From Dictyostelium discoideum (lineage: Eukaryota), in contig CM000154.2 in NCBI GenBank assembly GCA_000004695.1, positions 2,560,001 to 2,624,000 on the forward strand: 64,000 nt of DNA, written 5' to 3'. The notes under the pieces were generated by a model. That model saw only the letters and a program-made list of their open reading frames with translations, was not told where the DNA came from and did not search any database. Shown here one piece after another: positions 24,576 through 35,879 of the stretch; the first letter of the stretch is position 1; every line of letters starts with the position of its first letter. The translations under genes and the position numbers were made by a program.

Positions 24576-25357
24576 AACTTACTAAATAATGACATTTTAT
24601 TTGTTTTTTTTTTTTATTTGAATATGGACCGGTAAATTACAAAAATAATTTTATTTATAATTTTTTTTTTTGTTTTTTTTATTTTTGTTTTATCTTTAAA
24701 TTTTATTTTAATTTTAATTTTTATTTTTATTTTCCTTTAGCTCATTTATTGTTGTTTTAATTTCCTTTTTTATATATCTCATTATTATTAAATAAAAATA
24801 ATTTTTTTTTTTTTTTATATTTTTAATTTTTAAAAATTTTCTCATTGGCTAACCATATTTTTAAAATATATTTTTTTTTTTTTTTTTATTTTTAATATTT
24901 TTAAAAATTCCAAATTGGGTTAAACAATGCAAAGATTGGAACACACATTGGCTTATGAATAATTATAGAATAAATTTTAGTGGTTAAAATAATTACCACT
25001 GATTTCTTGATTGATTTTAAAATAACAAAATTAAAAATAAATTTTAAAATAATAATAAAAACTAATGTTTTCAATTTAAAAAAAAAAAAAAAAATAATAA
25101 TTCGCCATGGTGGTGTATAAGAAAAAAATTAAAATTAAAAAAGTGTGGGAGGTAAACCACACACTAAATACTAATGAGTAAGGAAATAATAATTAAAAAC
25201 ATTTTTATTAAAATTTTTAAAAAAAATAAATATATAGAAAAAAGATATTAAAAAAAGAAAAGGAAATTAAAACTCTGAATAATTTAAAATAAGAAAAAAA
25301 TGTTAGCAATTATAATTTAGAATTGATGTATATTATTTGTTGGATTTAGGTTATATA

Positions 25358-25445
25358 TATTATGTCAGAGGAAAATTTAGATAACGCAAAAAATCGTGTT
25401 TCGTTTTCAATTAAGTTCAAAAGTGTCCGATACTCATCATAGAAA
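25358..25445 (-). ncRNA. box C/D snoRNA-like gene 1
   Basis: Minus strand reads ..tttctATGATGAgtatcggacac......attttcctCTGAcataat: C box AUGAUGA near the 5' end and D box CUGA near the 3' end. A GC-richer island in AT-rich spacer. Confidence 0.5.
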
Positions 25446-25689
25446 ATTTATACCCCAAACCAACAAATAAAAAAATACAAAGTTAATAAATTATTAAATA
25501 TTTACCAATTAAAATTAATATAAAAAAGGACTACCAAGAATTTGGACTTTGAAAAAAGATTTAACCTGTAATTTCAAACAAAAGCAAAAAAAAAAAAATA
25601 ATAAAAAATAAATTAGTATAAAATTTTATTATTTAATATAAATAATACCATAGTTATTTAAACACAATATTTTAAAAAAATATGATAAA

Positions 25690-25772
25690 ATTATGTCAGA
25701 AGACTGTCGTGAGAAATCAATTGAGTAATCACAGATTTCATAGAGCTGAGTTGAATTACTTCATCATATTAA
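25690..25772 (-). ncRNA. box C/D snoRNA-like gene 2 (paralog of gene 3)
   Basis: Minus: aatATGATGAagtaattcaactcagctctatgaaatctgtgattactcaattgatttctcacgacagtcttCTGAcataatt; C box, D box, internal C'/D'-like ugauua/cuca. Confidence 0.55.
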
Positions 25773-26028
25773 TATTATCAATTTTTTTAAAAATAAGTGT
25801 TTAAATACTCGGTAAAGTATTTTTCAAAATAATTACCTTTTTACATATAATCTCAGAAAGCTTTTTGTACCTAAAGGGAGAGAAAAAAAAAAAGAAAATT
25901 CAAGAGAAAAAACCTAATAAGAAAAAAAAAAAAATATATATTAATTAGCAATTAATTTTTTTTTTTGGAAAAAATAAAGTATAATAATTATAATATCAGC
26001 TTTTATTATTGTTATTATTTTTATTTAT

Positions 26029-26105
26029 AATGTCAGAAGACTGTCGTGAGAAATCAAATTGAGTAATCACAGATTTCATAGAGCTGAGTTTGAATACTTC
26101 ATCAT

Positions 26106-26111
<6 letters not shown>
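26029..26111 (-). ncRNA. box C/D snoRNA-like gene 3 (near-identical to gene 2)
   Basis: Same sequence as 25690-25772 with 3 small differences; ~340 bp tandem spacing. Confidence 0.55.
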
Positions 26112-26147
<36 letters not shown>

Positions 26148-26374
26148 TGAACTGATAATAAAATATTATAGATAATACTTACAAAAATAGTTTTTGTTGC
26201 TGTGGAAAAAAAAAGTGAATAGAAAAATATAAAAAAAAAATTATTTAAAAAGCCGAAAAAGAAAAAAAAATGAAAAAAAAAAAAAATATTTTTTACGGAA
26301 AATGATTTTTAAGAAAAAAAAAACAACGTTATGATTATTTTAATTTTATTTTTATTTTCATTTTTACATGTTAG

Positions 26375-26426
<52 letters not shown>

Positions 26427-26444
26427 AATAATAAATAAATAAAC

Positions 26445-26482
<38 letters not shown>

Positions 26483-26653
26483 AATAATATTTTAAAAAAA
26501 TTCCTAAAAAAAAAATTAATAATAATAAGAAGTATTCACATTTATTTTTATTTATTTTTTTAATATGATTATTTCAATGTTTGATTATTTATTACTTCTT
26601 TTTTATTTTTATATTATTATTATTTTTATTTATTTATTTAATTTATTTTATTT

Positions 26654-27877
26654 TTATTTATTTTTATTTATAAATTTATTTAAAATTAAAGAAGGATCAA
26701 TTGAAGCACCAGGTTTTAAAAAATTTTGTTGATAAAATTGACCTTTTTCAAGATTTAATTGTTTTCCAGAATCAAAATGATTGATCCAAATACGTTTACT
26801 ATAATCTTTTGCCAAAAGGTAACTATAATAAGAAGCGCCATAATAAAAGAGATGATTAAAAGAGGTTAAAAAGAAATTTGAAACTGTACCATGAATACCA
26901 ATTTGTTGTTGATGTAAAGTACTTAAGATTTGAGCAGGTGACATATTTGTATCACCAATATTGGTACTTGTATTTTTATCAGTTTCTACGGTATGTAATT
27001 TTAAATCCAAGAAAGCCAATGAAATTTGTTCTTGAGTTTCAATACCTTGAAATAAATTTCTAGTCTTTTTTAAATTTGTTACCATTTCATTCGATATTGG
27101 TTTACCCATTGAATTAATTGCAAATTGTTGAAGTAAATCTTGATTCCAACTGAAATTCTCCATCAATGTACTTGGTATCTCTATGAAATCAGTAGGACCT
27201 CTTGTACCACACAAATGTTGAAAATTACAACGTGACATCAAAGTATGCAACGCATGGCCAAATTCATGAAACAACGTCTCTACATCTGAATGTTGTAATT
27301 TTGATTTCAATGGTTCATTAAAATTATTTTGAGTAAATGAACATGTAATTGAACATTTTGGTAAATTATATTCATCATTATATTCATCATCATCATCATC
27401 CTCATTTTTTAAATTATTTTTTAAATTATTTTTTAAAATTTTAAATTTTTTATAACCTAAACCAATTGGATGATTTACACAACCAGTTGCTTTATCTTGT
27501 CTTTCCCATGGATCTAAATACATTATACCTAATATTGTTTTATTTTCATCATTTCTTAATAAATTAAACTTTATAACTGATTTATCCCATGATTCACCAT
27601 TATTCATTGGTACAATTTTTAATTGTGAATTAAATAATTTATTAACAATTATATTTAAACCATTTAAAACATTTTCCAATGTGAAATATTGTGAAAGTTC
27701 TTCTTTATCTAATGAATGACTTTTATAAAATTCTTTTGACATTTGATTCTTATAAAATGGTAAATCAAAACTAAATATTTTATCATTATTTGGATTATTT
27801 GGTTCCATTCTTTTTTTAATTTCTATTAATTTATTTAATTCTTCATCTGATTTTTCTTTATATTCTTTTGATAAATC
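26654..27877 (-). CDS. M3-family zinc metallopeptidase (mitochondrial intermediate peptidase-like), exon 2
   Basis: Acceptor tatttatttag|GATTTATC in frame; HEFGHALH zinc-binding motif; ..LFHEFGHALHTLMSRCNFQHLCGTRGPTDFIEIPS.. Confidence 0.75.
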   Translation of the reverse strand, partial: DLSKEYKEKSDEELNKLIEIKKRMEPNNPNNDKIFSFDLPFYKNQMSKEFYKSHSLDKEELSQYFTLENVLNGLNIIVNKLFNSQLKIVPMNNGESWDKSVIKFNLLRNDENKTILGIMYLDPWERQDKATGCVNHPIGLGYKKFKILKNNLKNNLKNEDDDDDEYNDEYNLPKCSITCSFTQNNFNEPLKSKLQHSDVETLFHEFGHALHTLMSRCNFQHLCGTRGPTDFIEIPSTLMENFSWNQDLLQQFAINSMGKPISNEMVTNLKKTRNLFQGIETQEQISLAFLDLKLHTVETDKNTSTNIGDTNMSPAQILSTLHQQQIGIHGTVSNFFLTSFNHLFYYGASYYSYLLAKDYSKRIWINHFDSGKQLNLEKGQFYQQNFLKPGASIDPSLILNKFINKNK

Positions 27878-28044
27878 CTAAATAAATATAAATAAAAAAA
27901 TTATAATAATTTTTAATATATATATAAAAATAAATAAAAATAATAAAAAAAAAATAATAATAATAAAAATAAATATTAAAATATAAAATAATAAAATAAA
28001 TTATTATAATAATAATAAATAATAATAGTAAAAATAATAAATAT

Positions 28045-28083
<39 letters not shown>

Positions 28084-28121
28084 AATAATTGAAAAAAACA
28101 TACAAATAAATAATTATTTAC

Positions 28122-29093
28122 TTGAGTTGGAGTTTTTAATAATTTATTTTTTAATTCATAAAATGAATAATTTTCACAACCTAAAGTTTTTGCTAATTGA
28201 TAACGTTTTGAAATTAATTGAACTAAATGATTTAATACACTATCATAACAATTTGAAATGGATTGTAGTCTGTGAACTGAATATCTAATGTTTGGATCGG
28301 GTATATATTTTAAGATACCAGCCACTAGATAATCGGTTGGTATGAATGGTACATTACCATCTGGTTTCTTTGGAGGTAATTGTTGAAGGTATTTCAGAGG
28401 TAAATGACCAACCAATGAGGAGTAGGGAATATTTAATGTGACATTGGGAGGATGTTTATAAGAGTTTAAAGATTGTTCGATAAACATTGAACCTTGAGCA
28501 AATATCTCGTCTTTTAATTTCATAATTTCGTATTTCTCTTTTGGTTTCAAATTGATGCCATTCACTTCAGACTCTTTGATCATTTCATTGAGAAATAGTT
28601 GATGATCGTTTGGCAATTGGTGATAGTGTTTGTGGTCCCTGATTACCAATAGTAGTTGATAGAGATCAGAGTTTGCATTTAGTCTATTGACAGTGTCACT
28701 CATCTTTAGGAATGCTTTATGTGACTCAATTTTATGTGGTCCGTAGGGAATGACATTCATTACGAATTGTGCAGGATCCATAAGGTCACATAATTCTCTA
28801 GATATCCCATCAATATAATATAATGTCTCTTTTAATTGCTCAATGGTTGATTCTTGATTGATTTTAATTGGTATTATATGATCCCTAATTTCATTAATCT
28901 TTTCATTCTTTTTATGAAATAAATCCTCCCATCCTTTTGGTGTCTTTAATTCTTTAATACCTAATAATCCCACATTTTCATTACTACTATTATTAGTTGA
29001 TGTTATTAATCTAATTGAATTATTTTTATTATTAATTGATTTAAATAATACATTGCTATATTTTATTAAATTTTTATTTGTAAAAGATATCAT
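28122..29093 (-). CDS. M3-family zinc metallopeptidase (mitochondrial intermediate peptidase-like), exon 1
   Basis: MISFTNKNLIKYSNVLFKSINNK.. presequence-like N-terminus; ..KLLKTPTQ|gtaaat donor; ORF read-through after that is a 244-nt AT-rich intron. Confidence 0.7.
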
Positions 29094-30094
29094 TGATTAG
29101 TGGTGAACTTTTTAAAAATAATAAATAAATAAAAAAAAAAAATAAAAAAAAAAATAAAAAAATTTGTAAAAATTTTTTAAAAAAAAAAAAAAAAATAGGA
29201 ATATGAAATTTAATTTTAAAAAATAAAATAAAAAATTAAAACATAGAAAAAAAAAGAAAAAAAAATATTGCAACAATGAAAATATAATAATAAAACTTTA
29301 ATTATTTTTAAAAATAAAGTTTATTTATTTAGATTTTTTATTTTATTATTTTTTTTATTATTTTAATTTTAATTAATTTGATATTTTCATTTTCCTTTTT
29401 AACCCAATCTCTTTTTTCATATTTTTTTTTTTTTTTTTTTTTTTTTTTGAAATTGATGGATTTACCAGTGGCAAAAGAGTCGTTTGGAAAAAAAAAAAAT
29501 TAAAAAAAAAAAAATAAAATTTTGTTAGATGGCGTTATGGTTAATTAATTAAATAAATTAATTAATTAATTAAAATTTAAAAAAAAATAAAAAAATCGTT
29601 CGTCGGCTTTTTTTTTATTCATTTTTGACGATCATGATTATGATATTAATTTTTTTTTTAAAAATTTTTTTTTAATTTTTTTTTTTTTTTTTTTTTTTTC
29701 CAAAAAAAATAAAAAAATAAAAAAAATAAGTAAATTTCAAATTCATTTTAAAGAGTTTATTGTAAATTTCAAAAAACGCTCCTATTTTGTGTTTTTTTAA
29801 AAGGATAAAAAAAAAAACAAAACAAAAAAGGAAAATAAAATAAAATAAAATAAAAATAAAATAAAAAAAATTATTTATAATTAGTATTTTATTTTTTTTT
29901 TTTTTTTAAAAAACCACACACACATAATTCAAACGAATCATAAAAGATATTAAAAAAATTATTATTGTAATAATACAAATTAAAAAAAAAAAAAAAAAAA
30001 AGTTTCATAATAATATTAAATTTATATTAGCGCAAATAAATTAAATATAAAATATAATAATAATAATAATAATAATAATATATAAAAAAATAAA

Positions 30095-30994
30095 ATGACA
30101 AGTATAAATGATTCAAAATTTTCACTTCAAAATTTTTTAAAATGTGGTATGGGTGGTGCATTAGGATGTTGTTTTACACATGTAGTAGTGGTACCAATGG
30201 ATGTTGTTAAAACTAGAATTCAAATTGATCCAATTAAATATAATCAAGGTATGATAAAGAGTATGCAAAGTATAGTTAGACAAGAGGGAGGTGGTATGTT
30301 ATTACAGGGATTGGGTGCTACAACCTATGGATATGCAATTCAAGGTTTCTTTAAATTTGGATTGTATGATGTTTTAAAGAAGAAATTCTCATCACAATTC
30401 TCTGACGAGGTTGCCAAAACATACAGAATCCCAATTTGGGTCACAGCATCAGCGATCGCCGAAACCATTGGTGATATCGCTTTATGTCCATTCGAAGCTG
30501 TTCGTATTCGTCAAGTGTCAAACCCAACATTTGCAAGTGGTTTCTTTAGTGGATTCAATAGAATTTTAAAAGAGGAGGGATTCAGTGGGTTCTATAAAGG
30601 TTTGACCCCTATCATTCTCAAGCAAGTACCTTATACAGCATCACAATTTGTGACCTATGAATTGGCAAATGATTACCTTTACAAATATTTAGCATCAAGT
30701 AGAAATATCAAAAGAGAGGATCTATCGGATAAACAAAGATTAGGTGTCATTTTAACTACTGGTGCAATCTCTGGTTTAGTGGCTTCATTGGTTTCTCATC
30801 CAGCTGATACCATCCTCTCAAAAATTAATCAAGAAAAGACTGATGGTGGTGCAACAAAAGCAATCGCAAATATCATTAAACGTCTTGGTGTACGTGGTTT
30901 ATTCTTAGGTGTTGAAGCAAGATGTGTAATGGTTACTACATTAGTAACAGTTCAATTCTTAATTTATGATGGTTTAAAATTATTATTTAAATAA
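30095..30994 (+). CDS. mitochondrial carrier family protein, phosphate-carrier-like
   Basis: GMGGALGCCFTHVVVVPMDVVKTRIQIDPIKYNQGMIKSMQSIVRQEGGGMLLQGLGATTYGYAIQGFFKFGLYDVLKK - PiC-type first repeat; three carrier repeats; 299 aa. Confidence 0.8.
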   Translation: MTSINDSKFSLQNFLKCGMGGALGCCFTHVVVVPMDVVKTRIQIDPIKYNQGMIKSMQSIVRQEGGGMLLQGLGATTYGYAIQGFFKFGLYDVLKKKFSSQFSDEVAKTYRIPIWVTASAIAETIGDIALCPFEAVRIRQVSNPTFASGFFSGFNRILKEEGFSGFYKGLTPIILKQVPYTASQFVTYELANDYLYKYLASSRNIKREDLSDKQRLGVILTTGAISGLVASLVSHPADTILSKINQEKTDGGATKAIANIIKRLGVRGLFLGVEARCVMVTTLVTVQFLIYDGLKLLFK

Positions 30995-31111
30995 AAAAAA
31001 TAAAAAATAAAAAATAATAAATAAAAAAATAAAAAAATACCAATATTTAATTACATATGTATATATATATATATAGATATATATACTCTTTATTTATTTT
31101 TTTTATTTATT

Positions 31112-32677
31112 TTAAATAATTTCTAAATATCTTTCTAATTCCCATTTATGAACTTGATGATTGAATTGTCTATATTCCCAACGACGAGTTTCAACGAAAT
31201 GATCAACAAATTCTTCACCAAGGTATTCTTTTGCAATCTTTGATTTTGATAGTAATTCAGTTGATTCAGCTAATGATCTTGGTAATCTTTCAACTAGTCC
31301 TTTTTTATAGAGATCATAACTATTACCTATGATTGGTTTTTGTTTTAATTCTAATTTGTTAATGACACCATAGAGACCAGCAGCGAATGAAGCGGCGATT
31401 GAAATGTAAGGATTTACATCTGATCCTGTGACTCTGAATTCTGATCTTGTTGCTTTACCACCTTTGATAATTCTTAATGCTACAGTTCTATTATCCATTC
31501 CCCATGTTGGTGTGGTTGGTGCCCAATACCCATCGACTAAACGTTTATAACTATTGATTGTTGGTGCGAAAAATGGTAAAAACTCAGGCAACAATAATAA
31601 TTGACCAGCAACGAATGATTTGAAAATGTCAGACATATGATTTGGGTCGGATTCATCGAGGAATAGGTTCTTACCGGTTTTTAAACAATTGAAATTTTGA
31701 TGCATGTGTCCTGAGCAGCCTGGCAAATCTTTGAATGGTTTGGCCATGAAGCTTGCCATTATACCCTGCAACGATGCAATCTCCTTAGTGCAATGTTTGA
31801 ATAGTATTGCACGGTCAGCAGATTCTAACGCAGTGGAGAACCTAATGGCAGCTTCGTAAACACCAGGACCGGTCTCTGTATGCAACCCCTCCAATGGTAC
31901 ACCAAAGCCTTGTAGCTCGGCAAGAGAGTTCATAAATTCAGAATTCTGACTTGTTCTTAATAAACTATACCCAAACATACCATTTGATAGTGGTTCTAAA
32001 TTCGAGAAATTCTTATTCAACAATGATTTATTATTTTCACTGTAATTATACCACTCGAATTCCATGCCTTGAACAGGGTCAAATTGATGTTCGTGGCATT
32101 TCTTTATAACCTTTTTCAAAGTGGAACGAGGACAAATAGGTAATGGCTCTCCATTGGTGCCAATGAAATCCATCAAGAATAGTGGTACATCATATTCCCA
32201 TGGAATGGTACGGAATGTTGATAAATCTGGTCTTGCTCCCATATCTGGATACCCCGTATGATTACCTGTGAATTTAACATTATCATAGGCACTATCAGAA
32301 CTGTCCCACCCAAATATTACACTACAAAATCCTAACCCTTTCTTTATAGATGATTCAAATTTACTCTTATCCAAATATTTTCCCCTCAAAATTCCATCAA
32401 TATCAGATCCTGCAATCTTTACAAATGGTGATTTTGAAATCTTTATTTGATTTAATATTAAATCTTCTGCATTCATTAATTTTGATTCTTCATATTTATT
32501 ATTATTATTATTATTATTATTTAATTTACTGCTACTACTGAATGATTTTAAATCATTTTTATTTTTATTAAAAATATTATTATTATTATTATTTGTTTTA
32601 GTTGAATAATTATTTACAAAGTTTTTTAATGAATTATTTTTATTTATAAAAATATTCTTATTTACTAATTTATTCAT
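31112..32677 (-). CDS. glutamine synthetase catalytic-domain protein (GlnA family) with N-terminal poly-Asn extension
   Basis: ..FVKIAGSDIDGILRGKYLDKSKF...GWDSSDSAYDN...GVPLEGLHTETGPGVYEAAIRF...NRTVALRI..; 521-aa single ORF. Confidence 0.75.
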   Translation of the reverse strand: MNKLVNKNIFINKNNSLKNFVNNYSTKTNNNNNNIFNKNKNDLKSFSSSSKLNNNNNNNNKYEESKLMNAEDLILNQIKISKSPFVKIAGSDIDGILRGKYLDKSKFESSIKKGLGFCSVIFGWDSSDSAYDNVKFTGNHTGYPDMGARPDLSTFRTIPWEYDVPLFLMDFIGTNGEPLPICPRSTLKKVIKKCHEHQFDPVQGMEFEWYNYSENNKSLLNKNFSNLEPLSNGMFGYSLLRTSQNSEFMNSLAELQGFGVPLEGLHTETGPGVYEAAIRFSTALESADRAILFKHCTKEIASLQGIMASFMAKPFKDLPGCSGHMHQNFNCLKTGKNLFLDESDPNHMSDIFKSFVAGQLLLLPEFLPFFAPTINSYKRLVDGYWAPTTPTWGMDNRTVALRIIKGGKATRSEFRVTGSDVNPYISIAASFAAGLYGVINKLELKQKPIIGNSYDLYKKGLVERLPRSLAESTELLSKSKIAKEYLGEEFVDHFVETRRWEYRQFNHQVHKWELERYLEII

Positions 32678-33137
32678 ATTTCTTTTTATAATTAATAAAA
32701 TTGTTTTTTTTTTATTTTATTTTTTTTTATTTTTTTTTTTTTTGTTTATTAATTATCTTTGTTTTCTTTTTTTCTAAAATTTTTTTATTTATTTTGTATT
32801 TTGTAATTTTTTTTTTTTTTTTTTTTTTTAAATTAATTATTGATTGTTCAATTTAAATTTTTTTTTTTTTTTTTAATTTAATTTTATTTTAATTATTAAA
32901 ATTTTTATTATTTTCACTTTTTTTTTTTTTTATTTTAAATTTATTTTCTTACCAATTGGCAATCTACTTTTTATTTTTTTTTTATTTTTTTTTTTTTTAT
33001 TTTTTTTTTTTTTTTTTTTTTGAAGGGAATCATCACTCCTTAAAATGGATAAAAACAACCACTTTTTGTTTTTTTTTTTTTTTAAATGCGAGATAATTTT
33101 TTTTTTTAAATAAAATTAATAATTTAATATTAATATT

Positions 33138-33211
33138 TGTGTGTTAAGGTAAATTAAAAAACAATTATATTAATATTTTATAATTGTTTTTTAATTTACA
33201 ATTAACACACA
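33138..33211. repeat. ~32-bp near-perfect inverted repeat (hairpin) with 9-nt loop, in the spacer between the GS gene 5' side and the tRNA
   Basis: tgtgtgttaaggtaaattaaaaaacaattata-ttaatattt-tataattgttttttaatttacaattaacacaca. Confidence 0.7.
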
Positions 33212-33581
33212 TAAAAATTAAATAAAAAGATTGGAGATTTATTTAATTTTTTTTTTTAAATTAATTTTTTCCTTTTGTAAAAAATAGAAAAAATCATGTT
33301 AGCTTCAAAATTTATTTAATTTTTAAAAATAAATAATATACTAATATATAATATTTAATATTTACCCTACTGTCTCATTTGTGTGTAGAACACTATTGCC
33401 AATTTTATTGATTATTTATTAGTGGGATTGAAGATTACAATTTCGGTACAAGAATTGGTTGGAACTAGTTTTGATGTTATTTAGATGCACCGCAATCAAC
33501 TCAAGACGTTTTTAATCTTGGAACTTTATTTATAGCTTCCACTTTCATGTATCTCTGAAATTCTGAACTGAAAAAAAGTAA

Positions 33582-33592
33582 GGCATCGAACC
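33582..33592 (-). promoter_or_regulatory. external B box (ex-B) ~32 nt downstream of the tRNA gene
   Basis: Minus strand GGTTCGATGCC matches the pol III B-box consensus GGTTCGANTCC; Dictyostelium tRNA genes commonly carry a downstream ex-B box. Confidence 0.55.
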
Positions 33593-33623
33593 AGCGATGT
33601 AATCTTGGTGTTTTAAAAAAATT

Positions 33624-33696
33624 CACCCATTGTGGGTCTCGATCCCACGACCTGCAGCTTAGAAGGCTGCCGCAATTCCAACTTTGCTAAACGGGC
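33624..33696 (-). tRNA. tRNA-Arg(UCU): tRNA-Arg (anticodon UCU)
   Basis: Minus: GCCCGTT-TA-GCAA-AGTTGGAA-TTGC-G-GCAGC-CTTCTAA-GCTGC-AGGTC-GTGGG-ATCGAGA-CCCAC-AATGGGT-G. 7-bp acceptor stem (2 G-U pairs), D and T stems perfect, U33, anticodon TCT, A37; 73 nt. Confidence 0.8.
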
Positions 33697-33729
33697 TTTG
33701 ATGAAATTAAAAATATTACCCGAAATTAT

Positions 33730-34001
33730 AACTCAATTCAATCAAAAAAACAAACAACAACAACAATCTCTTTTTTTGATTATTTCATTTTTCATATAAA
33801 AAAGACTTAAAAAACAAATAAATAAATAAATAAACTATTTTAAAAAGCCATCTTTTTACTTTATTGTAATTTATTATTTGTTTCGTTTTGAGAATTTTGC
33901 GTAGCAAAATTTTCAAAAAAAAAGCAAAAAATAATCAGATCGAAAAAAACAAACAACAACAATCTCTTTTTTTGATTATTTCATTTTTCATATAAAAAAG
34001 A

Positions 34002-34037
<36 letters not shown>

Positions 34038-35744
34038 GGAACCCAAGTTAATCAGAAAATTTCCAGATTTTTAACTTTTTAAAGAAAAATAAAAAAAATA
34101 GAAAGAAAATAAGATGAAAATCACAAACAACACCACAAATATTAAGCAACACAAATGCCTACAAAAAATAAGCGAAATTGTGGATAAAACTCAATTAAAA
34201 AAAAAACAATTCAAATACGTCATAAACATCAATCACGAACCAGACGATAAAATAAAAAAAGATTTAGAAAAAAGTTTGGACAAAAAAGATGTTTTAATCA
34301 AAAGTAATAATACATTCAAAATTCTCACAGACAGTATTAGTACAGTAATCTATTTTGTAAATATGTTTGATGCAGAATTAAAAGGACAATTTATAACCAC
34401 TATAAGACCAAAAAATATGTATACAGATTTTGATTGGTATAAATCACTCACAGAAATAGAATGGGTAATAGAAAATGAAGGATGTAAACTAATTAAATTA
34501 GAAATTAAAGGCGAAACTCTAATTATCAAAACAGTGAAAAGAGTCGTAGAAGAATTTGACACTATCATTGAACTAGACAATCTAACATTAATTGGACACT
34601 CCAACAAAGGATGGAGAGATCAAACCTCATTACCAGAAAATCAAGAAGAAAACAAAAATAAAAAACAATCAGATGAACAACAACCACAATCTACATCAGA
34701 ACAAATACCAAAACAAGGAAAAAGAACAATCATTATCCCACCAATCACATCCTCATCTAATGATAAAACATTTATGGCCCTAGATGATACAGCTCAAAAG
34801 GTAATAGAAGCATCACTAGAAAACGTAGATGAACTAACAAGAATAGAGAATGAGATCAATACACAATCGATAAACAATCAAGAAATTAAAACAAAATCAG
34901 AAAAACCTATCGAACCACCATCTCCATACAATACACCAATAAAACAACACGGCGAAACAAAGGGACTAACAACGGAAGAAAAACTTAGAGAGGCAAATGA
35001 TATCTTCGACTTCACCAGCCCAAACACTGATGCAATAAGAAAAATAGAATTCCCACTTTCAATCCCTTCAAATCAATGGTTCTTCTCCTCTCCAATAAAA
35101 CATATCATGAGTTTCAGCCCAACCTATGGTACACCATCGAAAATTATCGATTCACCAAGTAAATTGTTAAACACACCAAAAAAGAAACAACAAGACAAAA
35201 CAAACAAGACCAACAAAACACCAGTCAAACCAAAATTGGGTGAATATGGACAAAAAAGCATAAAAACAAAAATGGATGAAGATATAGACAACTTCAACAA
35301 GGAAATTCTAAAACAAATCAATAAATCAAAAAACCCCACAAACACACAAGACCAACAACACAACGAACAAAGTAAAGATCAGTTAGAAGACAAAATAAAC
35401 CAGAAACTTCAAAAGGTAGATAAAAATTTACCCCAAATAAAACTATAAAGAAAAACCCAATAAGAATAGGTGTTTGGAACATCCAAGGATCCAACACCAT
35501 CCAATCTGCCAGCATAATAAACACCGTTTTAGACAACAACAAGCTGGACGCAGCACTTTTAACTGAAACAAATATAAAAACAAATAAAATTTACTCAATA
35601 AATCAACAATATAAAAACAAAATAACACCCCACGCACCAATTGATAAAACAGGACAAGGGGTGTCACAAATCATCATCAACACCCGCAATAGAACTTCCT
35701 AAACATCTCAAAAAATACAATAATTCACTCAGTACTTTCTATAA

Positions 35745-35779
<35 letters not shown>
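33730..35779 (+). mobile_element. TRE5-A (DRE) non-LTR retrotransposon, copy 1 (two A-modules, B-module, ORF1, truncated ORF2 stub, oligo-A), starting ~48 bp upstream of the tRNA 5' end
   Basis: A-module repeats at 33745-33815 and 33940-34010; ORF1 34114-35448; oligo(A) 35746-35779; position relative to the tRNA fits the known TRE5 target preference. Confidence 0.8.
34114..35448 (+). CDS. TRE5-A ORF1 protein
   Basis: 444-aa ORF MKITNNTTNIKQHKCLQKISEIVDK..., A/C-rich codons; followed at 35451-35700 by an ORF2 N-terminus (KNPIRIGVWNIQGSN.., APE-type endonuclease start) that terminates after ~83 codons. Confidence 0.8.
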   Translation: MKITNNTTNIKQHKCLQKISEIVDKTQLKKKQFKYVININHEPDDKIKKDLEKSLDKKDVLIKSNNTFKILTDSISTVIYFVNMFDAELKGQFITTIRPKNMYTDFDWYKSLTEIEWVIENEGCKLIKLEIKGETLIIKTVKRVVEEFDTIIELDNLTLIGHSNKGWRDQTSLPENQEENKNKKQSDEQQPQSTSEQIPKQGKRTIIIPPITSSSNDKTFMALDDTAQKVIEASLENVDELTRIENEINTQSINNQEIKTKSEKPIEPPSPYNTPIKQHGETKGLTTEEKLREANDIFDFTSPNTDAIRKIEFPLSIPSNQWFFSSPIKHIMSFSPTYGTPSKIIDSPSKLLNTPKKKQQDKTNKTNKTPVKPKLGEYGQKSIKTKMDEDIDNFNKEILKQINKSKNPTNTQDQQHNEQSKDQLEDKINQKLQKVDKNLPQIKL

Positions 35780-35879
35780 NNNNNNNNNNNNNNNNNNNNN
35801 NNNNNNNNNNNNNNNNNNNNNNNNNNNNNNNNNNNNNNNNNNNNNNNNNNNNNNNNNNNNNNNNNNNNNNNNNNNNNNN
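35780..35879. other. assembly gap (100 N) between two TRE5-A copies
   Basis: n run. Confidence 1.

Noticed and set aside
34350-35667. Minus-strand ORFs inside TRE5-A (34350-34607, 35124-35363, 35318-35542, 35443-35667) and their duplicates at 35729-37148
   Set aside because: Antisense to the retrotransposon ORF1/ORF2; no support.
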